Below are positions 31,453-42,799 of a stretch of DNA of 64,000 nucleotides, one piece after another (position 1 is the stretch's first letter; every line of letters begins with the position of its first letter). The notes beneath the pieces were generated by a model. It ran no database searches. It was given only the letters and a program-made list of their open reading frames with translations, and was not told where the DNA came from. The position numbers and the translations under genes are program-made. The DNA is from Nitrospirales bacterium (GTDB lineage Bacteria; Nitrospirota; Nitrospiria; Nitrospirales; UBA8639), in assembly GCA_965203295.1 (NCBI GenBank), contig CBDBCZ010000019.1:1056001-1120000 (forward strand), in the 5' to 3' direction.

Positions 31453-32253
31453 ATGACACGTCGCTCGGGAAAACATGGAACACAATCCAAAGACGTGAGG
31501 ACCTTGGCGATCGATATCGGGGGAATGGGAATAAAAGCCTTGGTCCTTGATGAGGTTGGCTCTCCCCTGACGATGCGAGAGCGAATTCGGACACCTAAGC
31601 CTGCAACGCCTGAAGCTGTGGTAGAGACTATCCGGGAACTTGCGCGCTCGCAGGGGAATTTTGACCGTATTTCTGTGGGATTTCCTGGTGTGGTGCGGCG
31701 GGGTATCGTCTTCACTGCCCCGAATCTTGATTCTTCCTGGCAAGGCTATAATTTAGTCGAAGCGTTAAAAGCGAAGTTGAGAAAGCCCGTTCGAGCCTCC
31801 AATGATGCGCATGTTCAGGGGTTTGGAGCGATAACAGGAGAAGGGGTTGAATTAGTGGTGACGTTAGGAACGGGTTTTGGATCGGCATTGTTTGTTGATG
31901 GAAAGTTGGTTCCGAATTTAGAGGTCGCACATCATCCTTTTCATGGCCGCAAAACATATGAAGAGGAGCTCGGGATTCAAGCTCTCCGAAAAGTTGGGAA
32001 AAAGAAATGGAATCAGCGTTTAGCAAAGGCCATCAATGCTCTAGAGGCCTTATTCAATTATGATGTCCTGTATATTGGTGGGGGGAACGCAGAAAAGGTT
32101 ACGCTCCCATTGGGGCCAAATGTTCATAAAGTTCCTAATGTCGCTGGGCTGCTTGGCGGAATTGTCTTTTGGCAAGGGGATGGCGGGGAGCAGAGTCCTA
32201 CCACGAAAACACGCCGCAAAAGCCGCTCACGCAAAAAGCCCAAGACGAATTGA
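31453..32253 (+). CDS. ppgK: ROK family kinase, polyphosphate glucokinase-like
   Basis: LAIDIGG, SVGFPG, NDA.VQG, TLGTGFGSALF, PNLEVAH, YIGGGN. Confidence 0.75.
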   Translation: MTRRSGKHGTQSKDVRTLAIDIGGMGIKALVLDEVGSPLTMRERIRTPKPATPEAVVETIRELARSQGNFDRISVGFPGVVRRGIVFTAPNLDSSWQGYNLVEALKAKLRKPVRASNDAHVQGFGAITGEGVELVVTLGTGFGSALFVDGKLVPNLEVAHHPFHGRKTYEEELGIQALRKVGKKKWNQRLAKAINALEALFNYDVLYIGGGNAEKVTLPLGPNVHKVPNVAGLLGGIVFWQGDGGEQSPTTKTRRKSRSRKKPKTN

Positions 32254-32379
32254 GCGTTGATTTGGTTGTCCTCAGTCCCAAGGGAATTGGACTCGGTCGT
32301 CTAAGCCTGATTCATACCTCAATATTGTCTCTCGCAAGGGGTACTCCTCGTTTAATGCTTTCCCTGTTTTTTCCTTTGT

Positions 32380-35186
32380 GTGCAAGTTGTGACTAAGCAC
32401 TCCCTCAAATCGCGACGAAGAAAGACGATCCATCACGAGTCTTCACAGAAAGGATCCATCCTCGTTCAGGGTGCCCAGCAAAATAATCTTCAGAACCTTA
32501 CAGTTCGGATTCCGCATGATGCGGTGACTGTCATCACCGGCGTATCTGGTTCAGGAAAGTCATCCTTAGCATTCGATACTCTTTTTGCCGAGGGCCAATG
32601 GCGGTACTTGGAGTCCCTCTCAACCTATACACGAATGTTCATCGAGCGATTAGACCGCCCAAAGGTGGAAAGTCTAGCGAATATTCGTCCGGCCATTGCC
32701 CTTGAACAAAAGAACACTGTGCGTACAGCTCGATCGACAGTTGGGACCGCCACAGAAATATTGGATCATTTGCGACTGTTGTTTGCCAAGGTTGGCCGAC
32801 CTATCTGTCCGAATTGCCAACAAGAGGCTCGCGCGTATTCGCCCCAAACTGTGGTAGACCATCTTCTTGAGGAAGGCAAAGGTGCACGAGCCCTTCTTTT
32901 GTTCCCGATTGAATGTCTAGGGAAAGGGCAGGGTAAGGCCTTTGTCGAGTCTTTGCTCCGGCGAGGTTTTGTACGACTCCTTTGTGGAGAAGAACTCGTT
33001 CAGTTGGATGGACCAAGTGTTCGCCTTCCGAAACATTTCCAAGACTCTTTCGTTGTCCTAGATCGAGTTGTTCTCCGTCCTGACAATCGTTCACGGATCG
33101 TAGAAGGTGTGGAAACGGCTTTTCGAGAAGGGGGCGGTTATTGTCGTGTGGATGTCATAGAAAAAAGGACCTATTGGTACAGCTCGGAGGTTGAATGTGC
33201 TGGGTGTGGCATGCGCTTTTGGCAAATTCGGCCAATCCTGTTTTCTTTTAATCATCCTTTGGGTGCCTGTCCTGAGTGTAAAGGCTTTGGAAATGTTCTT
33301 AAGTATGATGAACGGTTAGTCGTTCCTCATCCTTTGCGGTCCATTCGTGATGGCGCCATTGAACCTTGGACAAAGCCCGCCACGGCATGGTGGCAACGTC
33401 AACTGCTTCGGGCCTTTCAACGACGGAATATCGATCCGGCCATCCCCTATGCTCATTTATCTGAAGATATTCGGACTTGGATTTGGGAAGGGGGGCAGAG
33501 ATTAGAGGGGATTAATGCTGGGATTTCCATCAGGTTTCCCTTTTGACCATTTCGGAGATGGCGGATTGGACAAACAATCTGACGTTGTCGCCATTTCAAA
33601 TGGATATTGCAGGTGATGTCCTTCGACGTCTTCAACGGAAAATGGAGATGCTGCTTCGGGTTGGGGTGGATTATCTCACGCTTTCCAGAGAAACCCGATC
33701 ACTATCTGGTGGGGAGGTTCAGCGCATGGCTCTTGCCAATCAACTCGGCGCTGGTCTCATGGGCACGTTATATGTACTGGATGAACCGACTGTTGGGTTG
33801 CATTCCAGAGATACCTTGAGACTCGCGGAAATGTTGAAAGAGCTGGCCGATAAAGGAAATACGGTGGTGGTTGTCGAACATGATCCCCAAATGATCAAAA
33901 AAGCCGACTATGGGATCGAACTGGGTCCGGGCTCTGGTGAGAAAAGTGGACGGGTCGTGTGTGCCGCCGCCATGCCTCAATTTTTGGTGAACCGAACATC
34001 ATTAACAGCACGTTACCTACGTGGAGAGCGCTCGATTGCTCTGCCGAAATCCTGTCGTTCTGGGAATAGAAAGTTTTTAATCCTAAAGGATGCCAGCGAG
34101 CATAACCTGAAAAATCTGACCGTGCGCTTCCCCTTAGGAATGTTGCTTTGTGTCACTGGACCCTCGGGTTCTGGGAAAAGCACACTTGTGAAGCATACCC
34201 TGTATCGAGGTGTGGCTCAGGCCTTTGGGTCAGGATCTTTCCCAGTTGGGAAGTGTTCTGGATTCCAAGGTCTCGAGCACATTCAGACTGTCTGTTTCAT
34301 CGATCAAGAACCGATTGGTCGAACCCCACGGTCCAACCCGATTACCTATATGAATGGATACTAGGAGATCCGACAGATTTTTGGAAACCTTCCAGAGTCT
34401 TGAACTCGTGGCTTCACGCCTTCCCATTTTTCCTTTAATTCTGGAGTAGGGCGGTGTGGACGGTGCAAAGGAAATGGATTTGAAAAGTTGGAAATGTATT
34501 TTTTTGAAGATCTGTTTGTGACGTGTGAAGACTGTCAGGGGCGACGTTTTCGTTCGGAGATTTTGTCCATCAAATTTTGTGGAAAGTCTATTGATGAGGT
34601 TCTGAATATCACCGTGGACGAAGCTCTGCAGCTTTTTGGAGAGGATGCCCCCAGGTTGGTGCAAACGTTGAATCTTCTTCGTGATTTGGGCCTGGGATAT
34701 CTTCGACTTGGGCAACCCGCACCTAGCCTCTCCGGTGGCGAGGCCCAGCGCCTGAAAGTGGCTGCCGAATTAGTGAAATTTAACAGCAGGACTCATCACT
34801 CGAAATCAGGAAAACTTTTCGATGAAAATGAAATAGTTGCGGGTTTTGGGCCAATGGCTAAACCGAGAAAGGGTGCGAAGGTCAACATGACTCCATCACC
34901 AGGAAATGTTCTTTACATTCTTGATGAACCCACGATCGGGTTGCATATGGAAGATGTAAAGAAGCTTCTTGCTGTCCTCGGGAAGCTCGTTGATGCCGGC
35001 AATACAGTGGTGGTTGTCGAACATCATCTGAATGTCGTGAAGGCAGCTGATTGGGTCATCGATCTAGGACCGCATGGGGGTGTGCGAGGTGGTTATGTCG
35101 TTGCCGAGGGACAGCCAGAGGAGGTGGCGGCTATCTCAAGTTCACCGACCGGCCCATTTCTTCAGCAGTTTTTCAATATTTCTTAG
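32380..35186 (+). pseudogene. uvrA: UvrA-family excinuclease ATPase (second-copy type), disrupted
   Basis: TGVSGSGKSSLAFDT, LSGGE, GRTPRSNP; deletion/frameshift near 33515-33545; in-frame TAG 34362-64 and TGA 34401-03. Confidence 0.9.
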
Positions 35187-35256
35187 GAAAGGAGGAAGGG
35201 GGCAAGAATTTCTCAGAGTGAGCAGTCGTGCTAAACGAAAATGTGGGATAAAGGGA

Positions 35257-35826
35257 TTAGTTGAGACTGGGATCCATGGGCATGTTCGCGTAAAAATCGT
35301 ATGGTTCCCCTAAAGACCGGAGAATATTGGGCCATAATTGAGTGTGGTCTCGTTCAAACATAGAAACTGAATCAGCTGGGATTGTCAGCCAGGAGCGAGT
35401 CTTCATTTCATTTTCCAATTGGCCCGGTTCCCAACCTGAATATCCCATGAACGCCCGGAAATTTTGTTGAGGATTCGGGTATTTGATGATGCGTTCAAGG
35501 GCATCCATGTTTCCCACGAGGTAGACGCCATCAAAGATATGGTGCGTATCGGTGGGTTCTTCAGTCAGACGGTACAAACGGTACAAAATGAGTAAATGAT
35601 TGCGTTGAACAGGGCCGCCAGAAAACACCACATGGTTATGGCCTTCAAGTACGGGAATCTGTGGAAGAACTTCCGTGATGCTTATTTCAGTAGGACGATT
35701 GACTACCACTCCTAGAGCCCCGTCTGGCCCATATTCGCAGAGAAGTACGACAGTTTGACGAAAATTGGGGTCTCGGAGGGAAGGGGTCGCGACGAGGAAA
35801 ACACCTTTGCCTAGTGGGAGATCCAT
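35257..35826 (-). CDS. YqgE/AlgH family protein
   Basis: FLVATP.LRDPNF, GALGVVVNRP, GGPV, GYSGW.PGQLE.E; in-frame 9-bp duplication (LYRLYRL). Confidence 0.9.
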   Translation of the reverse strand: MDLPLGKGVFLVATPSLRDPNFRQTVVLLCEYGPDGALGVVVNRPTEISITEVLPQIPVLEGHNHVVFSGGPVQRNHLLILYRLYRLTEEPTDTHHIFDGVYLVGNMDALERIIKYPNPQQNFRAFMGYSGWEPGQLENEMKTRSWLTIPADSVSMFERDHTQLWPNILRSLGEPYDFYANMPMDPSLN

Positions 35827-35863
35827 AAGCAGATCTGACCTAACTAAATATGAATTAATGGAA

Positions 35864-36136
35864 TTAATGCCGGTAATCTTTAAATTCTGTTTCCGCATCG
35901 GGGAGCTTAAAAAATGCCCGCATCTGCTTTTTCAATGCGTCTCGCCCGCTTTCGTCCCCGAGGTTCAATTGATACTCATTGATAACCATTGTTTTAACAC
36001 CCCCGGGACGAGTCCATTCATTCCAGCAGGTTGAGCATACATTCTTTTTGATTTCCTTTTCTAGTTTTCCCAAGAAAAGGTTTTCGCTAATCATTTCTGC
36101 TGTCTGTCCACACTTCAAACAGGTGATTTCTGGCAT
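35864..36136 (-). CDS. YggX-like Fe(II)-trafficking / oxidative-damage protein
   Basis: CLKC...VCSTCWNEW...TMVINEYQLNL. Confidence 0.75.
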   Translation of the reverse strand: MPEITCLKCGQTAEMISENLFLGKLEKEIKKNVCSTCWNEWTRPGGVKTMVINEYQLNLGDESGRDALKKQMRAFFKLPDAETEFKDYRH

Positions 36137-36341
36137 TGCCTGTATTCCCCCTTTCCCTAGTAAATTGTGGTCTTTTGAAGTCAAATGGCGAACATTATTA
36201 TATACGAATGTGAAATTTCGTAGGTTCGCGAGTCGAAAAAATCTTATCATGCTATTCAAAGAATTTGAAAGAGATTCAAAGAGACAATTGACCCGGCTGA
36301 GGGATCGTGCTAAGAAAGTGATCGCCATATTCTTTGAATGA

Positions 36342-36429
<88 letters not shown>

Positions 36430-36576
36430 AGAAATTGGGGTGAAACTCTATATGGGGATTGTTCTTTCTGAAAAAACAATGAATTGGGCGATTGAATGGC
36501 CTATCTTGGACTAAAAGTTGGAATAGCAGGGTTCCGGGGAAGATTAAGGAATGAAGAATTTACCTGAGGAATATGC

Positions 36577-36605
36577 TTGACAGTTCCTAGCTAGATGACT
36601 ATAGT
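36577..36605 (+). promoter_or_regulatory. Near-consensus sigma70 promoter
   Basis: TTGACA-17 nt-TATAGT. Confidence 0.75.
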
Positions 36606-36694
36606 TAGGCCTTCCAGATTATAAGGAAAAATATTGTTTTCACAGATTATTCATTTCGCGATTATTAACTAAACACTTCCTAAGGAGGACCCAC

Positions 36695-37465
36695 ATGCGT
36701 AAGCTAGGGTATTTGGGAGCAGCACTAATTTTAGCAAGCTCGGTGGGCACGGCGATGGCGCAGGTTGAAAGAGCGCCTCAGCATGTCGGTTTTGGTACTG
36801 GTGTTGGAGAATCACAGGGATCTGGTACCAGAGCTCGTGTTATGGACGCTGGTGATATGATGCGGTACATCGACAATTTTCTTGAGACCTCAACCATTCA
36901 GGGTGAAGTTATTGCGATCAACAACCCAATGGGGCACATGATGATTGACATGGGGGGGAGCTCCCATGATGATCGCCAGACTCTTCGGGGAGGGCGCAAT
37001 ATGATGACCCTCTATTTCGATGATAAGACCAATAAGGAAAATCTGAAAGCGGTTAATGCGGGGGACTATGTCGCCGTTGCCGTTGAAGATGAAACCACCG
37101 AATCTCAGAAGTTTGGCACGGGACGGAAGATGGTGCGAACCGTTTACGTGTTAGAAGGGAACCAATTGTTGGGTGGTGCGGACAACCCGGATTTCGGTGG
37201 TGGATTAGGCCAAAAGCCAGATCCAACAAATTTCCGTGGCATTAGCACCCCAACGGCCGGCTATACCGGCGTTCCTGAGGGTGGATTGCAGGAAGGTGTT
37301 GTTTCCGGCGGAATTACCTCAAACATTGGAGTCATGACTGGGGCAGCCCCGTGTTGGCAATGTGCTCCTCAGCCTGACACGGTCAACGATTTTCATACTT
37401 CCAAAAAGCAAGGGCCAACGGATTATGGTTCTGGCCGAGATACCTTCACAAAGGGTACCCGGTAA
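36695..37465 (+). CDS. Exported hypothetical protein, Gly-rich, with a CWQC motif
   Basis: Signal peptide ending AMA-Q; RBS TAAGGAGG; own promoter and terminator. Confidence 0.8.
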   Translation: MRKLGYLGAALILASSVGTAMAQVERAPQHVGFGTGVGESQGSGTRARVMDAGDMMRYIDNFLETSTIQGEVIAINNPMGHMMIDMGGSSHDDRQTLRGGRNMMTLYFDDKTNKENLKAVNAGDYVAVAVEDETTESQKFGTGRKMVRTVYVLEGNQLLGGADNPDFGGGLGQKPDPTNFRGISTPTAGYTGVPEGGLQEGVVSGGITSNIGVMTGAAPCWQCAPQPDTVNDFHTSKKQGPTDYGSGRDTFTKGTR

Positions 37466-37484
37466 TCGAGTTTTAATGTATTCG

Positions 37485-37526
37485 AAAAAGGGCGTGCTAA
37501 CTGTTGTTGGAACGCCCTTTTTTTTT
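37485..37526 (+). terminator. Rho-independent terminator
   Basis: AAAAAGGGCGT...ACGCCCTTTTTTTTT. Confidence 0.8.
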
Positions 37527-37620
37527 GAGAAATGGGCGATCGACTTCTTGCAACTAACCTGACTAAAAGAGAGTTGAATCCAATCGCATCGTCCCAGATA
37601 GTATTTTTAAGAGGAATTGC

Positions 37621-37902
37621 TTGATCAATCAACCTCCGCCAACATCACTTGGAGATCTAAAGCCTGATTCCGAGTTGGACCTTCGCGGAGTCATTTGTCC
37701 CTACAATTTTGTCAAAACCAAACTAAAGCTTGAAACGATGAGCCCTGGCCAGGTATTGGCGGTGATTTTGGATGATGGAGACCCCATTCAGAATGTTCCC
37801 CAAAGTGTTGAAAATGAAGGACATATGATTTTGGGACTGTTTCCCAGCGATCGTGCTCATCGGGTTCTCATCCGTAAGCGCGAAGATAGCGCGTCTTCCT
37901 AA
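37621..37902 (+). CDS. TusA/SirA-family sulfurtransferase
   Basis: LDLRGVICPYNFVKTKLKLE. Confidence 0.85.
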   Translation: MINQPPPTSLGDLKPDSELDLRGVICPYNFVKTKLKLETMSPGQVLAVILDDGDPIQNVPQSVENEGHMILGLFPSDRAHRVLIRKREDSASS

Positions 37903-38602
37903 TCATCCTGATGGTGGTTTTAACTCTTTTTGATTTACCCTCGATTACAATTGTCATTTCCCCTTTCACATTCTTTGTGCCGAAAACCTGAGTTATTTCC
38001 TCAACGGTTCCCCGAAAAAATTCCTCATAATGTTTGGTCAGTTCTCGAGCCAAGGCTATCTTGCGTCCACTCAAGGTTTGTTGAAGTATTTCGAGAGTTT
38101 TTCTCATCCGATAGGGGGCCTCAAACAGTACGATAGTTCGGGGTTCCTCTGCCAAGGATTGAAGAAATTCGGCCCTTGCCTTGGATTTTCGAGGAAGGAA
38201 GCCGTGAAAAACAAAGGCGTCAGTTGGAAGGCCAGAAGCTGTCAAGGCAGCCAGGATGGCTGAAGGTCCTGGGATAGGGACCACAGGGATGTTCTCAGCA
38301 AGAGTTCTTGTTACTAAGTAATAACCAGGGTCTGAAATCAAAGGAGTTCCAGCATCCGAGACTAAGGCCACAGAAGATTCTTCCTGCAGCTTTCTTAAAA
38401 GAATCGGTGTTTTTTCTTCTTTATTGAAGTCGTGATAGCTTGTCAGGGGAGTTCCGATACCGTAGTGAGCGCACAACTTTTGAGTCCTTCTAGTATCTTC
38501 TGCTGCGATGACATGGACTTCCTTCAGAACACGCAAGGCTCGAAATGTGAGATCTTCCAAATTTCCAATTGGTGTACTGACAATGTAAAGCGTTCCGCTC
38601 AT
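37868..38602 (-). CDS. rsmI: 16S rRNA (cytidine1402-2'-O)-methyltransferase
   Basis: LYIVSTPIGNLED, AEDTR, VSDAGTPLISDPG, ARELTK.YEE. Confidence 0.95.
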   Translation of the reverse strand: MSGTLYIVSTPIGNLEDLTFRALRVLKEVHVIAAEDTRRTQKLCAHYGIGTPLTSYHDFNKEEKTPILLRKLQEESSVALVSDAGTPLISDPGYYLVTRTLAENIPVVPIPGPSAILAALTASGLPTDAFVFHGFLPRKSKARAEFLQSLAEEPRTIVLFEAPYRMRKTLEILQQTLSGRKIALARELTKHYEEFFRGTVEEITQVFGTKNVKGEMTIVIEGKSKRVKTTIRMIRKTRYLRAYG

Positions 38603-38768
38603 GATCAATTCTGGGTGGTGAATATAAATCATCATCCTACAGAGCCAGTGAATAGAATGTCTATGTAAAGAGAAGGAGTATTGGGTACGCACCGATCTTT
38701 CACACTAGAAGCCGCCAGAAAAACCATGGTATTGTTCGTACGGTGTTCAGTCTAGCTCCAAGGTCACT

Positions 38769-39308
38769 ATGCAGGATGAGATGATTCTCCACGTTCAAGA
38801 GGATGGGAAACAGCCAGATGTTTCCTTTTGCTCTCAATGTGGGGGACATCTTCACTGTGAAATCGTCAAAGCTGATGAATCATTGCGTCCGGTGTGTCAG
38901 ACCTGCCGTCATGTGGTGTTCTTGGATCCCAAAGTGGCTGTGGGTGTGATTGTTCATGGTCAGCAGGGGATACTGTTGGTCCGTCGAGGGATTCATCCTG
39001 GGTATGGGAAATAGGTATTTCCTGGTGGCTATGTTGATCGAGGAGAGCCGGTTGAAGATGCAGCTGTGCGCGAAACACGTGAAGAAAGTTGCCTTGAGGT
39101 TCGCATTTCGCGTTTGCTGAATATTTATTCTTATAAAGATCATCCTGTCATTATTATTGTCTATGTCGGAGAGGTTGTTAGCGGAAGCGCTACTGCTGGA
39201 GATGAGACATTGGAGGCAAGGTTTTTTATGCCTCAGTCTATTCCCTGGCAAGAGTTAGCGTTTCCGAGTACTTCTCACGCTCTGCGTTAGTATTTGGGGA
39301 ATTCTTAG
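38769..39308 (+). pseudogene. NUDIX hydrolase with N-terminal zinc ribbon, nonsense mutations
   Basis: CSQC..CQTC; K*VFPGGYVDRGEPVEDAAVRETREE; in-frame TAG at 39012-14 and 39288-90. Confidence 0.85.
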
Positions 39309-39314
39309 ACGACT

Positions 39315-40094
39315 ATGCTCAATGGTCGAGTTGCCTTAGTCACTGGTGGGGGTTCAGGGATTGGCCGAGGTATTGCTCAGGCTCTTTCTGTCGAAGGAAG
39401 TCGGGTTGCGATCTGTGGACGGCGTTCAGTACCTCTTGAGGAAACGGCTCAGCTCATTCTGCAAAACCAAGGACACGTTATGGCTCTGCCTGCTGATGTG
39501 AGTCAGCGCTCGGATGTAGAGAAGATGGTAGCACGAGTTATCAAAGAATGGGGACAAATTGATATTCTCGTGAATAACGCTGGAGGTTCTGGGCGAACCC
39601 CTTTGGATTATCCTGACGACTCCCGTTGGATTGAAATCTTACAAATTAATCTCACAGGTGCTTACCTTTGCACAAAAATTATTCTCCCCCATATGCGAGG
39701 ACCAGGGTATGGTCGAATCATTAATGTATCCTCAGTGCTGGGACGATTCGGAGTTCTTGGATATTCAGCTTATTGTACGGCTAAGCATGGAATTCTTGGC
39801 TTTACCAAAGCGGTTGCCCTGGAACTCGCTGGAAGGGGGATCACGGTCAACGCGATTTGTCCGACTTGGGTGGATACAGCCATGGCCCAGCAAGGTATTG
39901 AAGAAACAGCGGCAGTGTTGGATATGAGTCCAGAAGAGTTTCGCACTCAGGCCGTAGGAGCCATTCCCATCGGGCGCATGGCTGAGGTCTCAGAAGTGGC
40001 CGCCTTGGTGGTCTATCTTTGTTCCTCCGCAGCATCGTCGATAACCGGACAGGCCATTAATGTATGTGGAGGAGCAACGGCCGGATCGGCTTGA
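39315..40094 (+). CDS. SDR-family oxidoreductase
   Basis: TGGGSGIG, NNAG, YCTAK. Confidence 0.9.
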   Translation: MLNGRVALVTGGGSGIGRGIAQALSVEGSRVAICGRRSVPLEETAQLILQNQGHVMALPADVSQRSDVEKMVARVIKEWGQIDILVNNAGGSGRTPLDYPDDSRWIEILQINLTGAYLCTKIILPHMRGPGYGRIINVSSVLGRFGVLGYSAYCTAKHGILGFTKAVALELAGRGITVNAICPTWVDTAMAQQGIEETAAVLDMSPEEFRTQAVGAIPIGRMAEVSEVAALVVYLCSSAASSITGQAINVCGGATAGSA

Positions 40095-40150
40095 CTTCTT
40101 GGTGAAGCGTAAATCCCCTCGTTACGGTTTTCAATTTATTTTTTCCTTCC

Positions 40151-40179
40151 TTGACCTCAATATAGCCCCAAACTATACT
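40151..40179 (+). promoter_or_regulatory. Sigma70 promoter for the ccsA-hem operon
   Basis: TTGACC-17 nt-TATACT. Confidence 0.65.
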
Positions 40180-40241
40180 CCAAAAAGGGGGCATGTGTTT
40201 TAGCCTCGCTAGATTGAGCCTATTCATAAAAAGGGCCACTC

Positions 40242-41042
40242 ATGCTGTTTTTGAACCTCACGATGGTTCTGTATTTTGTCGGAACTGTCTTATTTCTCAT
40301 TTACTTACTTCGCCGGTCAAATGCGCTTTCCCAAACCGCACTTGGTATTGCCGGTCTTGGATTCCTTACCCATACTGTGGCTTTAGCCCTTCCCTTAATC
40401 ATGGGAAGTCAATCGTCATTTAGTTTTCATAAGGCCTTTTCCTTTTTTTCCTGGGCTTTAGTGCTTGTATTCCTTGTCGTAACAATTCTCAATCGCCTTC
40501 ATGTTCTGGGGGCCTTTATTCTTCCTCTCGCTTTCCTTTCTTTACTGTCTGCAGCCGTGATTCCTGTAGATTCACCTGCCCTACATCCTATGTTTCAAGC
40601 AGTCTGGGTCCATGTCACTTTGAGTATTTTAGGAACGGTAGGGTTTGCCGTGGCTTTTGTGGCAGGTATTATGTATATCCTGCAAGACCTTCTTTTAAAA
40701 TCCAAACAATTCAATGTCTTGTATTTTAAGCTTCCTTCTCTGGATTTCCTGGATAACTTAAATCAACGGTCCATTCTTCTTGGCTTTCCCTTTCTCACTA
40801 TGGGAATCCTCACGGGAGCCATTTCGGCTCAACTTACCTGGGGATCCTATCTGAGCTGGAATCCAGAGCAAATCTGGGCATTAGTGACCTGGGTGTTTTA
40901 TCTTGTGGTGCTCACTGGACGGATTACTGTTGGCTGGCGTGCCAAAAAAGCGGCGTATTTGACCATTGTTGGGTTTGCTGGTGTGTTGTTGACCTTTTTA
41001 GGGGTGGTGCTCAAGGGGCAGAATCCACCAACGATGCTATGA
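40242..41042 (+). CDS. ccsA: CcsA/HemX-type cytochrome c assembly protein
   Basis: Multiple TM segments; WVHV; LPSLDFLD; WGSYLSWNPEQIW. Confidence 0.8.
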   Translation: MLFLNLTMVLYFVGTVLFLIYLLRRSNALSQTALGIAGLGFLTHTVALALPLIMGSQSSFSFHKAFSFFSWALVLVFLVVTILNRLHVLGAFILPLAFLSLLSAAVIPVDSPALHPMFQAVWVHVTLSILGTVGFAVAFVAGIMYILQDLLLKSKQFNVLYFKLPSLDFLDNLNQRSILLGFPFLTMGILTGAISAQLTWGSYLSWNPEQIWALVTWVFYLVVLTGRITVGWRAKKAAYLTIVGFAGVLLTFLGVVLKGQNPPTML

Positions 41043-42442
41043 ATATTATTGCCGTTGGACTGAGTCATAAAACCGCTCCTGTGGAGCTACGCGAGTTGTT
41101 AGCCGTTCCTGAAAGCCGAGTCGGGGAAGCATTGTCTCGTCTGATGGCCTATCAAGGAATCAGGGAAGGTATGTTCCTGCAGACCTGCAATCGGGTGGAA
41201 GTCGTTGCCGTGGTTGATCAGGTCGAAGAGGGTTTTTCTGCCATTCGGGAATTTTTTGTGGCGACGCATCTTTCCTTATCCGCGGAACAGCTCCTGCCCC
41301 ATTTTTATTGGCACGCTGGGGACCGTGCCATTACCCATCTGTTCCGTGTTGCTGCAAGCTTGGATTCAATGGTCATAGGAGAACCGCAAATTTTGGGTCA
41401 GGTGAAAGAGGCCTTTGCGTCGGCATTGACCCACAATACGAGCGGCGTCATTTTGAACAAACTCGCGAAAAAAGCCATTTCTGTGGCTAAACGGGTTCGA
41501 ACAGAAAGCCGGATTGCCGAAAACGCAGTGTCTGTCAGCTATGCTGCTGTTGAGTTGGCCAAAAAGGTGTTTTCTGATTTAGCCTCGAAAACCGTTCTTT
41601 TAGTGGGCGCTGGAGAAATGGCTGAGTTAGCCGCACGTCACTTTGTGAGTCAGGGAGTCAATCATGTGTTAATTACAACGCGAGACTCTCGACGTTCTGC
41701 AGATTTGGCAGAACGATTTAATGGTCTGTCGATTCCGTTTGAAGACTTCCGTGGGTCCTTAAGTAAGGCAGATATTGTTCTGTGTTCCACCGGGGCTTCA
41801 CATCATGTCATCGGGAGTGATGATGTGCAACGCGCTGTTCGTGAGCGGTTGAATCGTCCCCTCTTTCTGATCGATGTCTCGGTTCCACGCAATATTGATC
41901 CTGCGGCGAAGGAAGTGGATAACGCGTTTCTTTTCGATATTGATGACTTGGAAATACATGTCGAAAACAATCTTGAAGATCGCCGCCGTGAGGCAGAAAA
42001 AGCGGAATCGATTATAGAAGGAGAGGTAACGAACATCCTTGGATGGTTAAAGACCTTGGAGGCGACACCTACGATTGTGGCCTTGCGTCGGCGCGCGGAA
42101 AAGATTAAAGCGTCTGAGTTAGAGAAGGCTTTCAGTCGATTGGGAAGTCTTTCTCAGCAGGATCGAGCAACAGTGGAAACTCTGGCTTCCGCCCTCGTCA
42201 ATAAGCTTCTGCACGGCTCTTTGGTCACATTAAAGTCAGCCGCCAAATCCACCGATAGGTCCATCTATATCGAAGCGGCTCGTCGATTTTTCCATTTAGA
42301 AGAGACGGATTCTTCACCGACGATCAATGGGACGGATTCTGCTTTACCTTCTCTTCCATTGGAAGACAATCGTGAAGAGGAAATGCCGCAGAATGTTTCT
42401 GAGCAACCTTACAAATCAGGAAACAACCACTTAACACTGTGA
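41039..42442 (+). CDS. hemA: Glutamyl-tRNA reductase
   Basis: GLSHKTAPVELRE, TCNRVE, SLDSMVIGEPQILGQVK, GAGEM. Confidence 0.97.
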   Translation: MNIIAVGLSHKTAPVELRELLAVPESRVGEALSRLMAYQGIREGMFLQTCNRVEVVAVVDQVEEGFSAIREFFVATHLSLSAEQLLPHFYWHAGDRAITHLFRVAASLDSMVIGEPQILGQVKEAFASALTHNTSGVILNKLAKKAISVAKRVRTESRIAENAVSVSYAAVELAKKVFSDLASKTVLLVGAGEMAELAARHFVSQGVNHVLITTRDSRRSADLAERFNGLSIPFEDFRGSLSKADIVLCSTGASHHVIGSDDVQRAVRERLNRPLFLIDVSVPRNIDPAAKEVDNAFLFDIDDLEIHVENNLEDRRREAEKAESIIEGEVTNILGWLKTLEATPTIVALRRRAEKIKASELEKAFSRLGSLSQQDRATVETLASALVNKLLHGSLVTLKSAAKSTDRSIYIEAARRFFHLEETDSSPTINGTDSALPSLPLEDNREEEMPQNVSEQPYKSGNNHLTL

Positions 42443-42475
42443 AGGGGGTTCTTGATATGGATAGGATAGATCGTT

Positions 42476-42764
42476 ATGTCCAATGGTCCCAAACTCTTTC
42501 GTTGTCACCAGTGCAGTCAGACGTATCTGAGTCATGACGCTGCCCCCCCATTGTCCCCGCTGTGGGCGCGATGATAATGAAGTGAAAACGAGCGGGATGG
42601 ATGGAATCATTTTCCTCTTGACCATTATAGGGATTTTGGCCTTTTTGTTAACCGCATCGTATTATCGTGGAATTCTTGGTACTGAGCCGGGGAACTCAAG
42701 CTATGTGAGTCAACCCGTTCCAGGGCAACCCTACGAGAAATTGCCAGGCTCTGTTCATCACTGA
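42476..42764 (+). pseudogene. Small zinc-ribbon membrane protein, frameshift in a C homopolymer
   Basis: MSNGPKLFRCHQC... joins HCPRCG if one C is removed from the C7 run at about 42543-42549. Confidence 0.55.
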
Positions 42765-42799
42765 ATAGCCTTGGTCACTGAACTGATGGCAGCCTAGGT

